Shown here piece by piece: positions 39,926 through 51,360 of a DNA stretch of 64,000 nt. A program made the translations under genes and the position numbers. The DNA comes from Macrostomum lignano. Lineage: Eukaryota. A model generated the notes under the pieces. The model had not been told where the DNA came from, ran no database searches, and was given only the letters and a program-made list of their open reading frames with translations. Where the stretch lies: the NCBI GenBank assembly GCA_002269645.1, contig NIVC01003103.1:154998-218997 (forward strand), given 5' to 3'. The stretch's first letter is position 1. Each line of letters begins with the position of its first letter.

Positions 39926-40075
39926 GGTAGATAGATAGATAGATAGATGGATAGATAGATAGATAGATAGATGATAGATAGATAGATAGATGATAGATAG
40001 ATAGATGATAGATAGATAGATGATAGATAGGGCAGATAGACAGGGCAGATAGACAGATAGGGCAGATAGATCTGC
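38865..40075. repeat. Degenerate (GATA)n array with GGGTA and GGGTTAGGG insertions
   Basis: Seen directly. Confidence 0.96.
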
Positions 40076-40296
40076 CTGCCATCCAGACAGATGGAAACAG
40101 CAGGCAGGATGGCGTCACAAACGAGAAAGCCGTCAGTGTCAGCAGAGTTTATGGGACCGCACACGCAGGCAGCAGTTTGGCTAACGCCAGCAGAGCCGGT
40201 ATATTTTATACAAATGTATTGCGTAACAAAGCAATGAACAGCAAACTGGGGGATCTCAGGTCAATTCTGTACACACAGCAGCGAGATGAGCGAGTC

Positions 40297-41941
40297 TCAC
40301 AGCCCCTGGCCCGCAGCCGAATCCTCCGGCTCCGCCTTCACCTCCGCGGTTGCTACCGCCTCCGGAGCAGCCGAAACGGCGGAAGGCGTTGCCGGCGCCA
40401 GCTGGGCGAGCAGAGCGGCCAGTCGGTCCTGCGCCCGGCGCCGGCCGCCGGTGATGAGGCGGTCGTAGCAGCGGCGCAGCTGCCAGGCCTCCGTGATGCC
40501 GAAGTCGGCCAGCGCCTTGTGCAGGCCGTCTGGATAGTCGCTGACGCTCGGCTGGTCGGCGATGCGCTGGCAAACCTGCAGAAAATTGAATAGGAGAATG
40601 GAGACTCTGCCATCTGGGTGGGATCTGACAGGAATCCCAACTGACGGGAATCCCAACTGACGGGAATCCCAACTGACGGGAATCCCAACTGACGGGAATC
40701 CCAATTGACGGGAATCCCAATTGACGGGAATCCCAACTGGCATGAATCCTGGCCGCTACCTGAGACAGGAACAGGTCGAGCGCGTGAGCCAGCGAGCGCA
40801 GCGCCGCGTCCGAGACGGTGTCGAAGCCGGCCAGCAGCGCCGTGGCGGCCGCACTGCTCAGCAGGAGGCGCCGACAGTCCTCGGCGGAGGTGGCGCCAAG
40901 CAGCAGGGGGACGCGCGGATCGGCGGTGTGCGCCGGCACGGACAGCAGGTCGCGCAGGCGGGCCGCCTCCTCCGAAGAGATCGGTGGAGGCGACGGCGAC
41001 GGCGGCGCAGCAGCCAGTCCGGCCTAAAAATATTGGATTTCCGCGATTTTTATACGACTGGGATTCTCATGCTGCACAGCCCTTCAGATCCTCAGGCAGC
41101 TGTCGCCAGGGCCGCCGCCGCAATCACAGATGGTCTCCAACCTTTTTGCAGGGGCTCGATGTCAAAAATGTCACACAAGTCACACACACAATGTCACACA
41201 GGGCACACACACACAATGTCACACAGGGCACACACACACAATGTCACACAGGGCACACATAAATATCATACAAGTCACACACACAATGTCACAATGTCAC
41301 ACAGGGCACACACACACAATGTCACACAGGGCACACACACACAATGTCACACAGGGCACACACACACAATGTCACACAGGGCACACACACACAATGTCAC
41401 ACAGGGCACACATAAATATCATACAAGTCACACACACAATGTCAATGTCGCACAGGGCACACACAAATGTCACAAAGGGTACACACAAATGTCACACAAG
41501 TCACACATAAATGTCACAAAGGACACACAAATGTCACACTACAACGCAGACCATCGCAAACGACGCGCTACTCACCTGTCGCTGCTGCTGCAGACGCTGC
41601 CGACGCCACTTCATCTGGCGCCGCTGCAGCGGCCGGAGGCGCCGCACAGCCGCCAGCATGTCGATGGCGTGCCGTGCCTGCGGATCGCGCAGAATCAGCG
41701 AGTCGGCGCGCACCAGCCTGCGACGGCGATTCAACAGCGCCGCAGTCGAGGCGGTCGCCGAATCCGCCGACGGCTGCGCAGTCGAAGAGGCGTCGGGCGG
41801 CGGGTCCAGCCGGGAGTCGCAGAGCCGCTCGACCTCCAGACGGGGCAGCAGATACAGCTCGTCGGAGTCCGCTGACGCCGCCGCCGGCTCCTCGTCTTCG
41901 CCGAAGCAGCTGCTCGCCCAGGGATCGGCGGCCGGCCTCGC
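40297..41941 (-). CDS. SUPT7L: SUPT7L/STAF65-gamma (SAGA histone-fold subunit); 3 coding exons, start codon not found in genome
   Basis: Exons 41576-41941, 40760-41023, 40297-40575 (phase 0). N-terminal ..FGE..LLPR..DPP..HAIDMLAAVRRLR; histone fold CRRLL..AATALLAGFDTVSDAALRSLA; DYPDGLHKALADFGI; C-terminal EVKAEP. Confidence 0.8.
40631..40738. repeat. 16-bp repeat GGGAATCCCAA(C/T)TGAC in SUPT7L intron
   Basis: About 7 copies. Confidence 0.93.
41170..41540. repeat. CA-rich degenerate repeat (ATGTCACACAGGGCACACACAC) in SUPT7L intron
   Basis: Seen directly. Confidence 0.9.
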
Positions 41942-41954
41942 CTTGAGCCGGAAA

Positions 41955-42330
41955 ATTGGGGGTGGATGAGCAGGCGGCACAGCATGAACTCACTGACAAG
42001 GAGATCTAGAGCTCAAGCCTGGATTTGGGAACTTGGGGTGGGTGAGCAGGCGGCACAGCATGAACTGACTGCCAAAGAGGTCTAGAGCTCAAGTCTGGAT
42101 TTGGGAACTTGGGGTGGATGAGCAGGCGGCACAGCATGAACTGACTGCCAAGGAGATCTAGAGCTCAAGCCTGGATTTGGGAAACTTGGAGTGGGTGAGC
42201 AGGCGGCACAGCATGAACTGACTGCCAAGGAGATCTAGAGCTCAAGCCTGGATTTGGGAAACTTGGAGTGGGTGAGCAGGCGGCACAGCATGAACTGACT
42301 GCCAAGGATATTTAGAGCTCAACTCTGGAT
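41955..42330. repeat. 76-77-bp tandem repeat (x5) abutting the SUPT7L 5' end
   Basis: GCAGGCGGCACAGCATGAACT recurs at about 41970, 42046, 42122, 42199 and 42276. Confidence 0.93.
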
Positions 42331-42855
42331 TTTGCCTAGAGCAGTGCTCAAGTGAGCAATGAAAATAGAACACAGAAGCTGTTTAAGCATAGAAGCTGAG
42401 AGCAAATTCCGCACAGTCCACACGGGCAATGACTTTAATAGTAGAATTTGCATCAGGTAGCGCCGCTTATGACTAGGTGGGATAATCCAGGAACACATCT
42501 CAATGCGCTCTTTTCTACTATTAAGTTAATATAACATCAACAAATCAGCAGTAGTAAGCAGTGCGTTAAATAATCTTTTTTAGAACATCAGTGGCTATTT
42601 TTAGATTGGCGTATTGAACTAACAAAACAGACAAAGCGCTTAAATTAAGTGTCCGCTTCTGAACTAAAGGAAAGACAAAGCATAGAGAAGGGAATTAAGA
42701 AGTTTGGGAAGGTCCGACTGGGACCAGATCAATGCATAAATATCGAATAGAAACAGCAGAATGATAAACTGAGTTTAAGAAAGTCTATGAAAATAGTAAG
42801 TATTGTAATAGTACTTTTTGTCCGTCATCTGCTTTGGATACAGCAGGATTCGGTG

Positions 42856-43230
42856 CTTCAGGGCTAATGATTCAGGAACAGTGTATGCTTCAGGGCTAAT
42901 GATTCAGGAACAGTGTATGCTTCAGGCTAATGATTCAGGAACAGTGTATGCTTCAGGGCTAATGATTCAGGAACAGTGTATGCTTCAGGGCTAATGATTC
43001 AGGAACAGTGTGCTTCAGGGCTAATGATTCAGGAACAGTGTATGCTTCAGGGCTAATGATTCAGGAACAGTGTATGCTTCAGGGCTAATGATTCAGGAAC
43101 AGTGTATGCTTCAGGCTAATGCTTCAGCGACAGTGTGCTTCAGGCTAATGCTTCGGGACAGTGTGCTTCAGGGGCTAAGCTTCAGAAGCAGTATGCTTCA
43201 GGCTAATGCTTCAGCGACAGTGTGCTTAGA
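42856..43230. repeat. 32-bp minisatellite CTTCAGGGCTAATGATTCAGGAACAGTGTATG, decaying rightwards
   Basis: Lies just 3' of the CPTP stop codon. Confidence 0.92.
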
Positions 43231-43296
43231 AGCAGTTTGCTTAGTTCAGAGTCTATGAAAGCATGAAGAGCAGCTATTGGACTACAGCAATGCAGT

Positions 43297-43971
43297 TCAA
43301 GGCAGCTCCAGAGCTTTGGCTTCGCTGTACAGTCGCTGGGTCTGGTCGTAGACATCCTTCAGACAGGGCACGGCCTCGGTCACCAGCTGGCGCACCCCGG
43401 CAGCATCGCAGGCGTTCTGCTGCGCCATGTTGGCCAGCAGGGTCTCGCGCGATGGCAGCAGGTAAAGCGCCAGCCCGACCGCCTTGCGCACCGCCCAGGG
43501 ATGGTGATTGGCCAGCGACTCGTTGTAGGACTCGCCGGCGATGCTGGAGATGGACTTGTCAGCTGGCGCGCTGACCAGCCGGTCCAGCAGCAGCACAAGG
43601 AAGAGCAGCGCCCGGTGCAGCCGCAGCAGAGTGCGGGAGCCGTTCTCCTTGCCAGCGAAGCCGCCGGCCGATTCGAACTGCAGCATGCCGGCGATGCTGG
43701 AGAAGCTGGCGGCCTCCGGGCCGACGATATGGGAGCGCAGGATGCGCAGCTTCGAGTCCACGTCCTGCACCACGAAGTAGAAGGCCTTGTTGAGGCTGCG
43801 CAGGAAGTGCAGCAGCTGGTCGTAGCCGTCGGCATAGGCGGCGAGGCCGAGGCCGGGCTGGGCGCGGCAGCGGTTGAAGCTGGCGGTCAGCTCGGCCAGG
43901 GAGAATCCCTGCTGGCTGCCGGGCTGCTCCGGAGGCTGCTGCTGCTGCGGCTCTGGGACTTCGGCTGACAT
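43297..43971 (-). CDS. CPTP: Ceramide-1-phosphate transfer protein (GLTP-fold), intronless CDS, 224 aa
   Basis: DVDSKLRIL and GSRTLLRLHRAL (K/R/R phosphate-binding pattern of CPTP/ACD11 rather than GLTP); LANHHPWAVRKAV. Confidence 0.9.
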   Translation of the reverse strand: MSAEVPEPQQQQPPEQPGSQQGFSLAELTASFNRCRAQPGLGLAAYADGYDQLLHFLRSLNKAFYFVVQDVDSKLRILRSHIVGPEAASFSSIAGMLQFESAGGFAGKENGSRTLLRLHRALLFLVLLLDRLVSAPADKSISSIAGESYNESLANHHPWAVRKAVGLALYLLPSRETLLANMAQQNACDAAGVRQLVTEAVPCLKDVYDQTQRLYSEAKALELP

Positions 43972-44044
43972 TCTGGGCTGAAACAGGGACGCATAAAGGG
44001 CAACTGGCAGTGCGAGGTGAGACGAAATGCGAGGGTTTATCTTT

Positions 44045-44050
44045 TTTATT
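44045..44050 (-). terminator. AATAAA poly(A) signal just upstream of the CPTP acceptor
   Basis: TTTATT on +, about 65 nt before acceptor TTTCAG| (43978-43980). Confidence 0.4.
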
Positions 44051-44149
44051 ACAATTACTGCCCGTTCCGCCGACTCCCCTGAGCAGGTTATACGGCCACT
44101 ACATGCATGGGTCAGGTGTGAGGCTCTGGTAGGCTGACAATGGCCGGCC

Positions 44150-46661
44150 TGAAGATCTAGGGCGATAATCCAGACTGAAGATCTAGGACGATAATCCAGA
44201 CTGAAGATCTAGGGCGATAATCCAGACTGAAGATCTAAGGACGATAATCCAGACTGAAGATCTAGGACGATAATCCAGACTGAAGATCTAGGGCGATAAT
44301 CCAGACTGAAGATCTAGGGTGATAATCCAGACTGAAGATCTAGGGCGATAATCCAGACTGAAGATCTAGGGCGATAATACAGACTGAAGATCTAGGGCGA
44401 TAATCCAGACTGAAGATCTATGGCGATAATCCAGACCGAGGAACTAGGGCGATAATCCAGACTGAAGATCTAGGGCGATAATCCAGACTGAAGATCTATG
44501 GCGATAATCCAGACTGAAGATCTAGGGCGATAATCCAGACTGAAGATCTAGGGTGATAATCCAGACTGAAGATCTAGGGCGATAATCCAGACTGAAGATC
44601 TAGGGCGATAATCCAGACTGAAGATCTATGGCGATAATCCAGACCGAGGAACTAGGGCGATAATCCAGACTGAAGATCTAGGGCGATAATCCAGACTGAA
44701 GATCTAGGGCGATAATCCAGATTGAAGATCTAGGGGGCGAAAACCCAGTCTGAGGATCTAGGGAGCGATAATCCAGATTGAAGATCTAGGGGGCGATAAT
44801 CCAGCTTGAAGATCTAGGGGGCGATAACCCAGATTGAAGATTTAGGGGGCGAAAACCCAGTCTGAGGATCTAGGGAGCGATAATCCAGATTGAAGATCTA
44901 GGGGGCGATAATCCAGCTTGAAGATCTAGGGGGCGATAATCCAGCTTGAAGATCTAGGGGGCGAAAACCCGCCTGAGGATCTAGAGGGCGAAAACCCGCC
45001 TGAGGATCTACAGGGGCGAAAACCAAGTCTGAGGATCTAGGGAGCGATAATCCAGATTGAAGATCTAGGGGGCGATAATCCAGATTGAAGATCTAGGGGG
45101 CGATAATCCAGATTGAAGATCTAGGGGGCGATAATCCAGCTTGAAGATCTACGGAGCGATAATCCAGCTTGAAGATCTACGGGGCGATAATCCAGCCTGA
45201 AGATCTAAGGGGCGATAATCCAGCCTGAAGATCTAAGGGGCGATAATCCAGATTGAAGATCTAGGGAGCGATAATCCAGCTTGAAGATCTACGGAGCGAT
45301 AATCCAGCTTGAAGATCTACGGGGCGATAATCCAGCCTGAAGATCTAAGGGGCGATAATCCAGCCTGAAGATCTAAGGGGCGATAATCCAGCCTGAAGAT
45401 CTAGGGGGCGATAATCCAGCCTGAAGATCTAAGGGGCGATAATCCAGCCTGAAGATCTAGGGGGCGATAATCCAGCCTGAAGATCTAAGGGGCGATAATC
45501 CAGATTGAAGATCTAGGAGGCGATAATCCAGCCTGAAGATCTAAGGGGCGATAATCCAGCCTGAAGATCTAAGGGGCGATAATCCAGCCTGAAGATCTAA
45601 GGGGCGATAATCCAGCCTGAAGATCTAAGGGGCGATAATCCAGCCTGAAGATCTAAGGGGCGATAATCCAGCCTGAAGATCTAAGGGGCGATAATCCAGC
45701 CTGAAGATCTAAGGGGCGATAATCCAGCCTGAAGATCTAAGGGGCGATAATCCAGCCTGAAGATCTAAGGGGCGATAATCCAGCCTGAAGATCTAAGGGG
45801 CGATAATCCAGCCTGAAGATCTAAGGGGCGATAATCCAGCCTGAAGATCTAGGAGGCGATAATCCAGCCTGAAGATCTAGGAGGCGATAATCCAGCTTGA
45901 AGATCTAAGGGGCGATAATCCAGCTTGAAGATCTACGGAGCGATAATCCAGCTTGAAGATCTACGGGGCGATAATCCAGCCTGAAGATCTAAGGGGCGAT
46001 AATCCAGCTTGAAGATCTAAGGGGCGATAATCCAGCCTGAAGATCTAAGGGGCGATAATCCAGCCTGAAGATCTAGGGGGCGATAATCCAGCCTGAAGAT
46101 CTAGGGGGCGATAATCCAGCCTGAAGATCTAGGGGGCGATAATCCAGCCTGAAGATCTAGGAGGCGATAATCCAGCCTGAAGATCTAGGGGGCGATAATC
46201 CAGCCTGAAGATCTAGGGGGCGATAATCCAGCCTGAAGATCTAGGAGGCGATAATCCAGCCTGAAGATCTAGGAGGCGATAATCCAGCCTGAAGATCTAG
46301 GGGGCGATAATCCAGCCTGAAGATCTAGGGGGCGATAATCCAGCCTGAAGATCTAGGGGGCGATAATCCAGCCTGAAGATCTAGGGGGCGATAATCCAGC
46401 CTGAAGATCTAGGGGGCGATAATCCAGCCTGAAGATCTAGGAGGCGATAATCCAGCCTGAAGATCTAGGGGGCGATAATCCAGCCTGAAGATCTAGGAGG
46501 CGATAATCCAGCCTGAAAATCTAGGAGGCGATAATCCAGCCTGAAGATCTAGGAGGCGATAATCCAGCCTGAAGATCTAGGAGGCGATAATCCAGCCTGA
46601 AGATCTAGGAGGCGATAATCCAGCCTGAAGATCTAGGAGGCGATAATCCAGCCTGAAGATC
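44150..46661. repeat. Polar 26-to-28-bp minisatellite CTGAAGATCTAGGG(GG)CGATAATCCAG(A/C)
   Basis: 26-bp units to ~44730, diverged zone to ~45060, then 28-bp units. Confidence 0.97.
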
Positions 46662-46835
46662 TACAACCCAACCCAAGGACAATAAAGAAACAGGAAGTAA
46701 CGATTCGCCATGAAATATTTTGTACATCTTAGCGCATCTAAGCGCTATTTCTGTTTGCTATATTTTATTACGGTTCAATAACACAAGAAAATGCTGTGGG
46801 ATAGTACGCCATTGCAGCGGCCAGTGGCAGGCTGG

Positions 46836-48038
46836 CTAGTCAGCGATGGCCAGCGGTAGGAGGCGCCGCCGGTCAGAGTGAAATTTGGTTGCCAAGTCGT
46901 CCGGCCGGGCGGCCGAGGGCAGCCGTTCAAGGACGCGCGGCCCCAGCTCGCAGAAGTCGCGCAGCCCGCCGGCCACCGCGGCGGCCTCGGTCGCGGACTC
47001 GTCCGGCGGCACCGGCTGAGTCAGGGCGGCCAGCAGGGCCTCCTGGGAGTTCAGCAGGCCGTCCATGTCTTCGGCGCCCAGCTCGAACATGCCCTCGGCG
47101 CACTCGCTCAGGTGTCGGCACGCCGGCGGCAGCGACCAGGCCAGGAGGGGCCGCCAGCCCAGAGCCGCGTCGCCAACCAGCGCGGGGTCTAGAGCGGAGG
47201 CGCGAGCGGCGCCACGCCGGGCCGCGGACAAAAGGCGCGCCGTCTGGTACGGCTCCAGTTCGCCTTCGCCGGGGAAGAGAAGCGCCGCTCGAGCTGCAGC
47301 CGCGCAATCTGGCGCCGGCGCCTCCAGCTCAAACAGGCGCGCGCGAAGATGCACCAGAGCTTGGCGCCGAAGGAGCGCGGGCTCAGGGCCAGGCGGCGGC
47401 GCGGTCGCCTGCGTCAGGCGCCACAGCGTCTCCAGCAAGCGTGCCAAGGGCAGGTCGTTCACGGCGGAGTTGAGCAGCATCAGCGGCGCGGCGGTGACGC
47501 GCGGGTCGGAGCGCAGCGCAACGCAGAGGTCTCGAACGAGGTGGCACAGCTGCGCCGGGCCGAGGTGGCGCGCGCGCGCCGCGGCCGCGCACTCGAGCAG
47601 CGTCAGGCGGGGATCGGCGCGCAGTGCCGCTAGCGCAGTCTTGCCGCCGGCCCCAAGGTGGCGCGCATGGTATGGCGCCGCGATGGCGCGGAGGCTGAGC
47701 GCCAGGTCCTCGGAGCTCATGGCGCGACAGTCGACGCTAAGAAAGAGGCTGGTGGCAGCAGCCGGGTCGGTGCCTTCGGCCTGCCAATTCCAGGCGGCCT
47801 CCAGATCCTCGCGAGTCACCAGCGACGACTGCGCGCTCGGGAGCCGCTGCTGCTGCTGCCGCTTTTCCGCGGCCTGCTGGGGCCGCTTTGGCCGCAGGCG
47901 GGCGGGGTAGAGCACGTGCTCCAGGTGCCGGCCGGACCGCACGTGGGCGGCGGCAGACGGTGGCGCCAACCGGCAGCCGGCGCCAATCGCCAAGAGGGCG
48001 CGGCTACGCCGCCAGAAAACTGCGGAGACGGCGGCCGG
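46836..48038 (-). CDS. Intronless Leu/Ala-rich helical protein with mitochondrial-presequence-like N-terminus; possibly FASTK-family; no genomic ATG
   Basis: About 400 open codons with GC-rich codon use; Arg-rich, acid-free N-terminus; ADPRLTLLECAAAARARHLGPAQLCHLVRDL resembles the FASTKD N-terminal helical region; AATAAA at 46764-46769. Family call is weak. Confidence 0.6.
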   Translation of the reverse strand, partial: PAAVSAVFWRRSRALLAIGAGCRLAPPSAAAHVRSGRHLEHVLYPARLRPKRPQQAAEKRQQQQRLPSAQSSLVTREDLEAAWNWQAEGTDPAAATSLFLSVDCRAMSSEDLALSLRAIAAPYHARHLGAGGKTALAALRADPRLTLLECAAAARARHLGPAQLCHLVRDLCVALRSDPRVTAAPLMLLNSAVNDLPLARLLETLWRLTQATAPPPGPEPALLRRQALVHLRARLFELEAPAPDCAAAARAALLFPGEGELEPYQTARLLSAARRGAARASALDPALVGDAALGWRPLLAWSLPPACRHLSECAEGMFELGAEDMDGLLNSQEALLAALTQPVPPDESATEAAAVAGGLRDFCELGPRVLERLPSAARPDDLATKFHSDRRRLLPLAIAD

Positions 48039-48196
48039 CTGCAAGTGGGAAATCGAGTTCCAGAGCTGCGGTGTTGTAAATTTGAATATTAGTGCTTAAA
48101 TATGATTCAGCAGATGAGAAATAGAAGGCCAAAAGTACAGAAATTGGCACAACAAGCGGCGGCGCCAAGCCGAAGGAATTTCCGGTTTTTTAATTA

Positions 48197-48202
48197 TTTA
48201 TT
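48197..48202 (-). terminator. AATAAA poly(A) signal for APEX1
   Basis: TTTATT on +, about 225 nt after the APEX1 stop. Confidence 0.55.
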
Positions 48203-48425
48203 CTTGTAAAAACAACCAGAGAACTTAAACTAGAAAATGAAGAGAAAATGGTTATAAAAATAGACCGGAACTCGAACTGTTAGTTGCTATGCAGAGAGTC
48301 AAGTTTAAAAGCACATACAATAATAACAATAGAAGTTTCGACGCTACAAGCTCAAAAAAAGCTACAACTGCTTAGCAGTAAATTAAGTGCAATGCATTGC
48401 TGGGCAGCCAGCAGTTCCCGGCAGG

Positions 48426-50390
48426 TCACAGGCTCAGCAGCAGCACAATGGGGCAGTGGTCGCTGCCCATCACGCTTGACCGGATGAGGCTGTCGCAGAC
48501 TCGGCCGGCCAGCCGCTTGGACACCAGAAAGTAGTCCAGCCGCCAGCCGATGTTCTGCGCCCTGGCGTTGCGCATGTAGGACCAGAAGGTGTACGCCTTG
48601 GTCTGGTCCGGGTGCACCTGCCGGAACGTGTCCACCAGGTCGAGGGAGCTCAGCATGGACGAGAAGCTGTCCCGCTCCTCCTTGGTAAAGCCTGCGGGGA
48701 GTTGCCACTTTATCATTTGAGTCCCTCATCATCTACCTGTCTACCTCACCATCTCCTGTCTACCTCACCATCTCCTGTCTACCTCACCATCTCCTGTCTA
48801 CCTCACCATCTCCTGCCTACCTCACCATCTCCTGCCTACTTCACTATCTTCTGTCTACCTCACTATCTCCTGCCTACCTCACCATCTCCTGCCTACCTCA
48901 CTATCTCCTGTCTACCTACCTGATCATCTTCTGGCCACCTCACCACGACACTATCTCACCTTCTCCCTCCCTGTCTACCTCATCTTTCTGCCTCACAAAC
49001 CCCATCTATTTTAGCATATCGATATCTTACTGCCCAAATCACCCCTATATTAGTTCAAGTCCTTTCTGTGTGCCTTATACACCAGATTAGGTAACTCGCC
49101 ATGTTTATCAGTGCTGCCCTCCAGCAACCAGGCTCCGCCCACCAATCCAGCCTCCCTGTCTCCATCTGTGCCTAATGCTGACTGTCCTTCAGCCAAGCCG
49201 CAGCTTCCTCACCCGCCGTGCGCTGGTTGGTCTTGGGATTGGCCAGGTCGATCTCCAGGTGCGCAACGTTGAGGTCGCCGCAGACAATCACCGGCTTGAC
49301 GGCGTCCAGGCCGCGCAGGTAGGCGGCAAAGTCTTTGTCCCATTCGGACACTCTGTACTTTAGCCTGGCCAGCTGGCGCCCGCTGTTCGGTACGTAGGCG
49401 GTCACAAAGTAGAACTTCTCGAACTCCGCCGTGATCACCCGGCCTTCGCCGTCGTGCTTGGCGGCGCCGATGCCCTCCTTGACGGACAGCGGCTTGTCGC
49501 GGCTGTAGATGCCCGTGCCCGCGTAGCCGTCCTTGTCCGCCGAGCTGAACAGCGCGTGGTAGCCGGGAATGCTGGCTTCCGGGGGCACCTTGGCCGAGGG
49601 GCACTTGATCTCCTGGGATGATCCGGCCAGGGGGCAGTGGGATTATGGATTAGGATTTACGGTATCAATGTGATAATCTTATCGAATAACTTGTGATATC
49701 TAGATAATCCAATGGGATAATCCAATAGGATCTGTACCCTATGATCCTATGGGATACAATGGGATAACTGTGATAATCCAATCTGTATCGATGGGATAAT
49801 CCTACGGGATAACTTGTGATAATCCAGTCTGTATAGATGGGATAATTCTATGGGATAACTTGTGGTAATCCAATGGGATCACTTGTGATAATCCAGTCGG
49901 CATGGCATTCACACAGGATAATCCAACCGCATCAATGAAGATAATCCATTAGAATTGATACATTGGATATTCTATTCCATTGAAAAGCAAACTGGGTCAA
50001 ATGGGGATAATCCAACAAGGACTAATCAATGCACATTCGCACCTGGACTCCAATGATGAAGGGCGCCTCCTCAAGCAAATAACGAGTGCCATTGTTCTTC
50101 AGCCAGGCGCGCAGGCCGTTGATATTCCAGGAGGCCAGCTTCAGGCTCCAGGGCCGGCCTTCAGCGTCCTTGGCAGCGGGGCATTCCAGCGATGTGGCTG
50201 AAGTGCTGGGAGCTGCCGCAGTGCTGGGAGCAGCCGCAGCTGCAGGTGCATCCGAGTCCTTCTTAGCAGCAGCCTTGGCAGGCTTCTTTTCCTTGCCAGC
50301 TGAACTCTCTGAAGCAGCCTCATCCAGCTTTGCCCGCTTGCTGCCAGCAGCCTTTGGCTTGGATGTTGACTGCCTCTTCTTGGGTGGCAT
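48426..50390 (-). CDS. APEX1: AP endonuclease 1 (ExoIII family), 3 exons, 337 aa
   Basis: Exons 50043-50390, 49213-49612, 48426-48691. MPPKKR N-terminus; SWNINGLRAW, VQ|EIKC, GYAGTG, TAYVPNSG, CGDLNVAH, GWRLDYF, GSDHCP. Confidence 0.97.
48727..48980. repeat. 19-bp repeat CTACCTCACCATCTCCTGT in APEX1 intron 2
   Basis: Period 19, decaying. Confidence 0.9.
49640..49995. repeat. Degenerate GATAATCC-based repeat in APEX1 intron 1
   Basis: Many GATAATCCA/GGGATAA motifs. Confidence 0.75.
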
Positions 50391-51360
50391 TCTCTGGCTG
50401 CATGCATGAGTCAGTGGCAGATATTCAGAAATATGGATTTGCCATTATAATGGCTTGTATACAAAGCCTAGTTACAATATATGCACAATTTTGCACCAAC
50501 TTTAAAGCATGTTGCAACTATTAGATAAGAGTAGGCTGCTGCTAATGTCACAATTGTTTTATTATTGGACAAGCAGTTTATTTAGCTTGAAACAATGGAT
50601 TACATGATTGTTGAAAAATTAAGCTTAGGATGAAGTTAATACATTTTTTATTTGAAAAAGGAAAGCTTTGGACAATAAACTCTCAAATTCATCTTGTTAG
50701 GTTTGTCTTTACTAGAGTTTAGACATTGTTTATATAGTTATAACAAAGTATAATTTATATATTACAGTTTGCAACTTAGAATAGGTTTTTTTAGCTTATT
50801 AGTCTAAAACATAAAAAAGTTGGTCAACAATAATAGAAAACTTCATATGAATATATAAAGAAAATTAATTATCAAAGGGTCCATTTGATCTTAAAATTTC
50901 ATTTGAGGGCTAACACTATTGGAATCTTATATCTAAAGCTGAGTGGATTGATCAACCGGTCAGGTTTAACGCGTATCTCCTCATAGACGGCTGCCAACTC
51001 AAATTCGGAACTTATATATATCACACAAACTGTTCCTCGAGTTTTGAACTTTGAGAGAAGATACTTATATTGCTGGAAAGATCTTTCAATGCTGATATAA
51101 GTTGCTTGCTTTAAGTATGAAAACTAAAAGCACAGCATTTGAAAAACAATTTCTATACTTTAAACTTTCTGCAGAGATTGTAATTATTTTTGCGAGACAC
51201 AATAGATAAATTTGGGGGCTTCAACTTCTAACTGCCACTGTGTATTGGAGGTTTGATTTAGATTGCGAAATCATTTTGTTAACTTTAACTAAGACTGATA
51301 CTGACTAAAATCGATTGCACAATCAATTGGTTTAATTGGTTCAATTTTTTATTATTGGCA

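Noticed and set aside
40631-40738. GGGAATCCC repeats as NF-kB sites
   Set aside because: Imperfect match inside an ordinary intronic minisatellite, with no supporting context.
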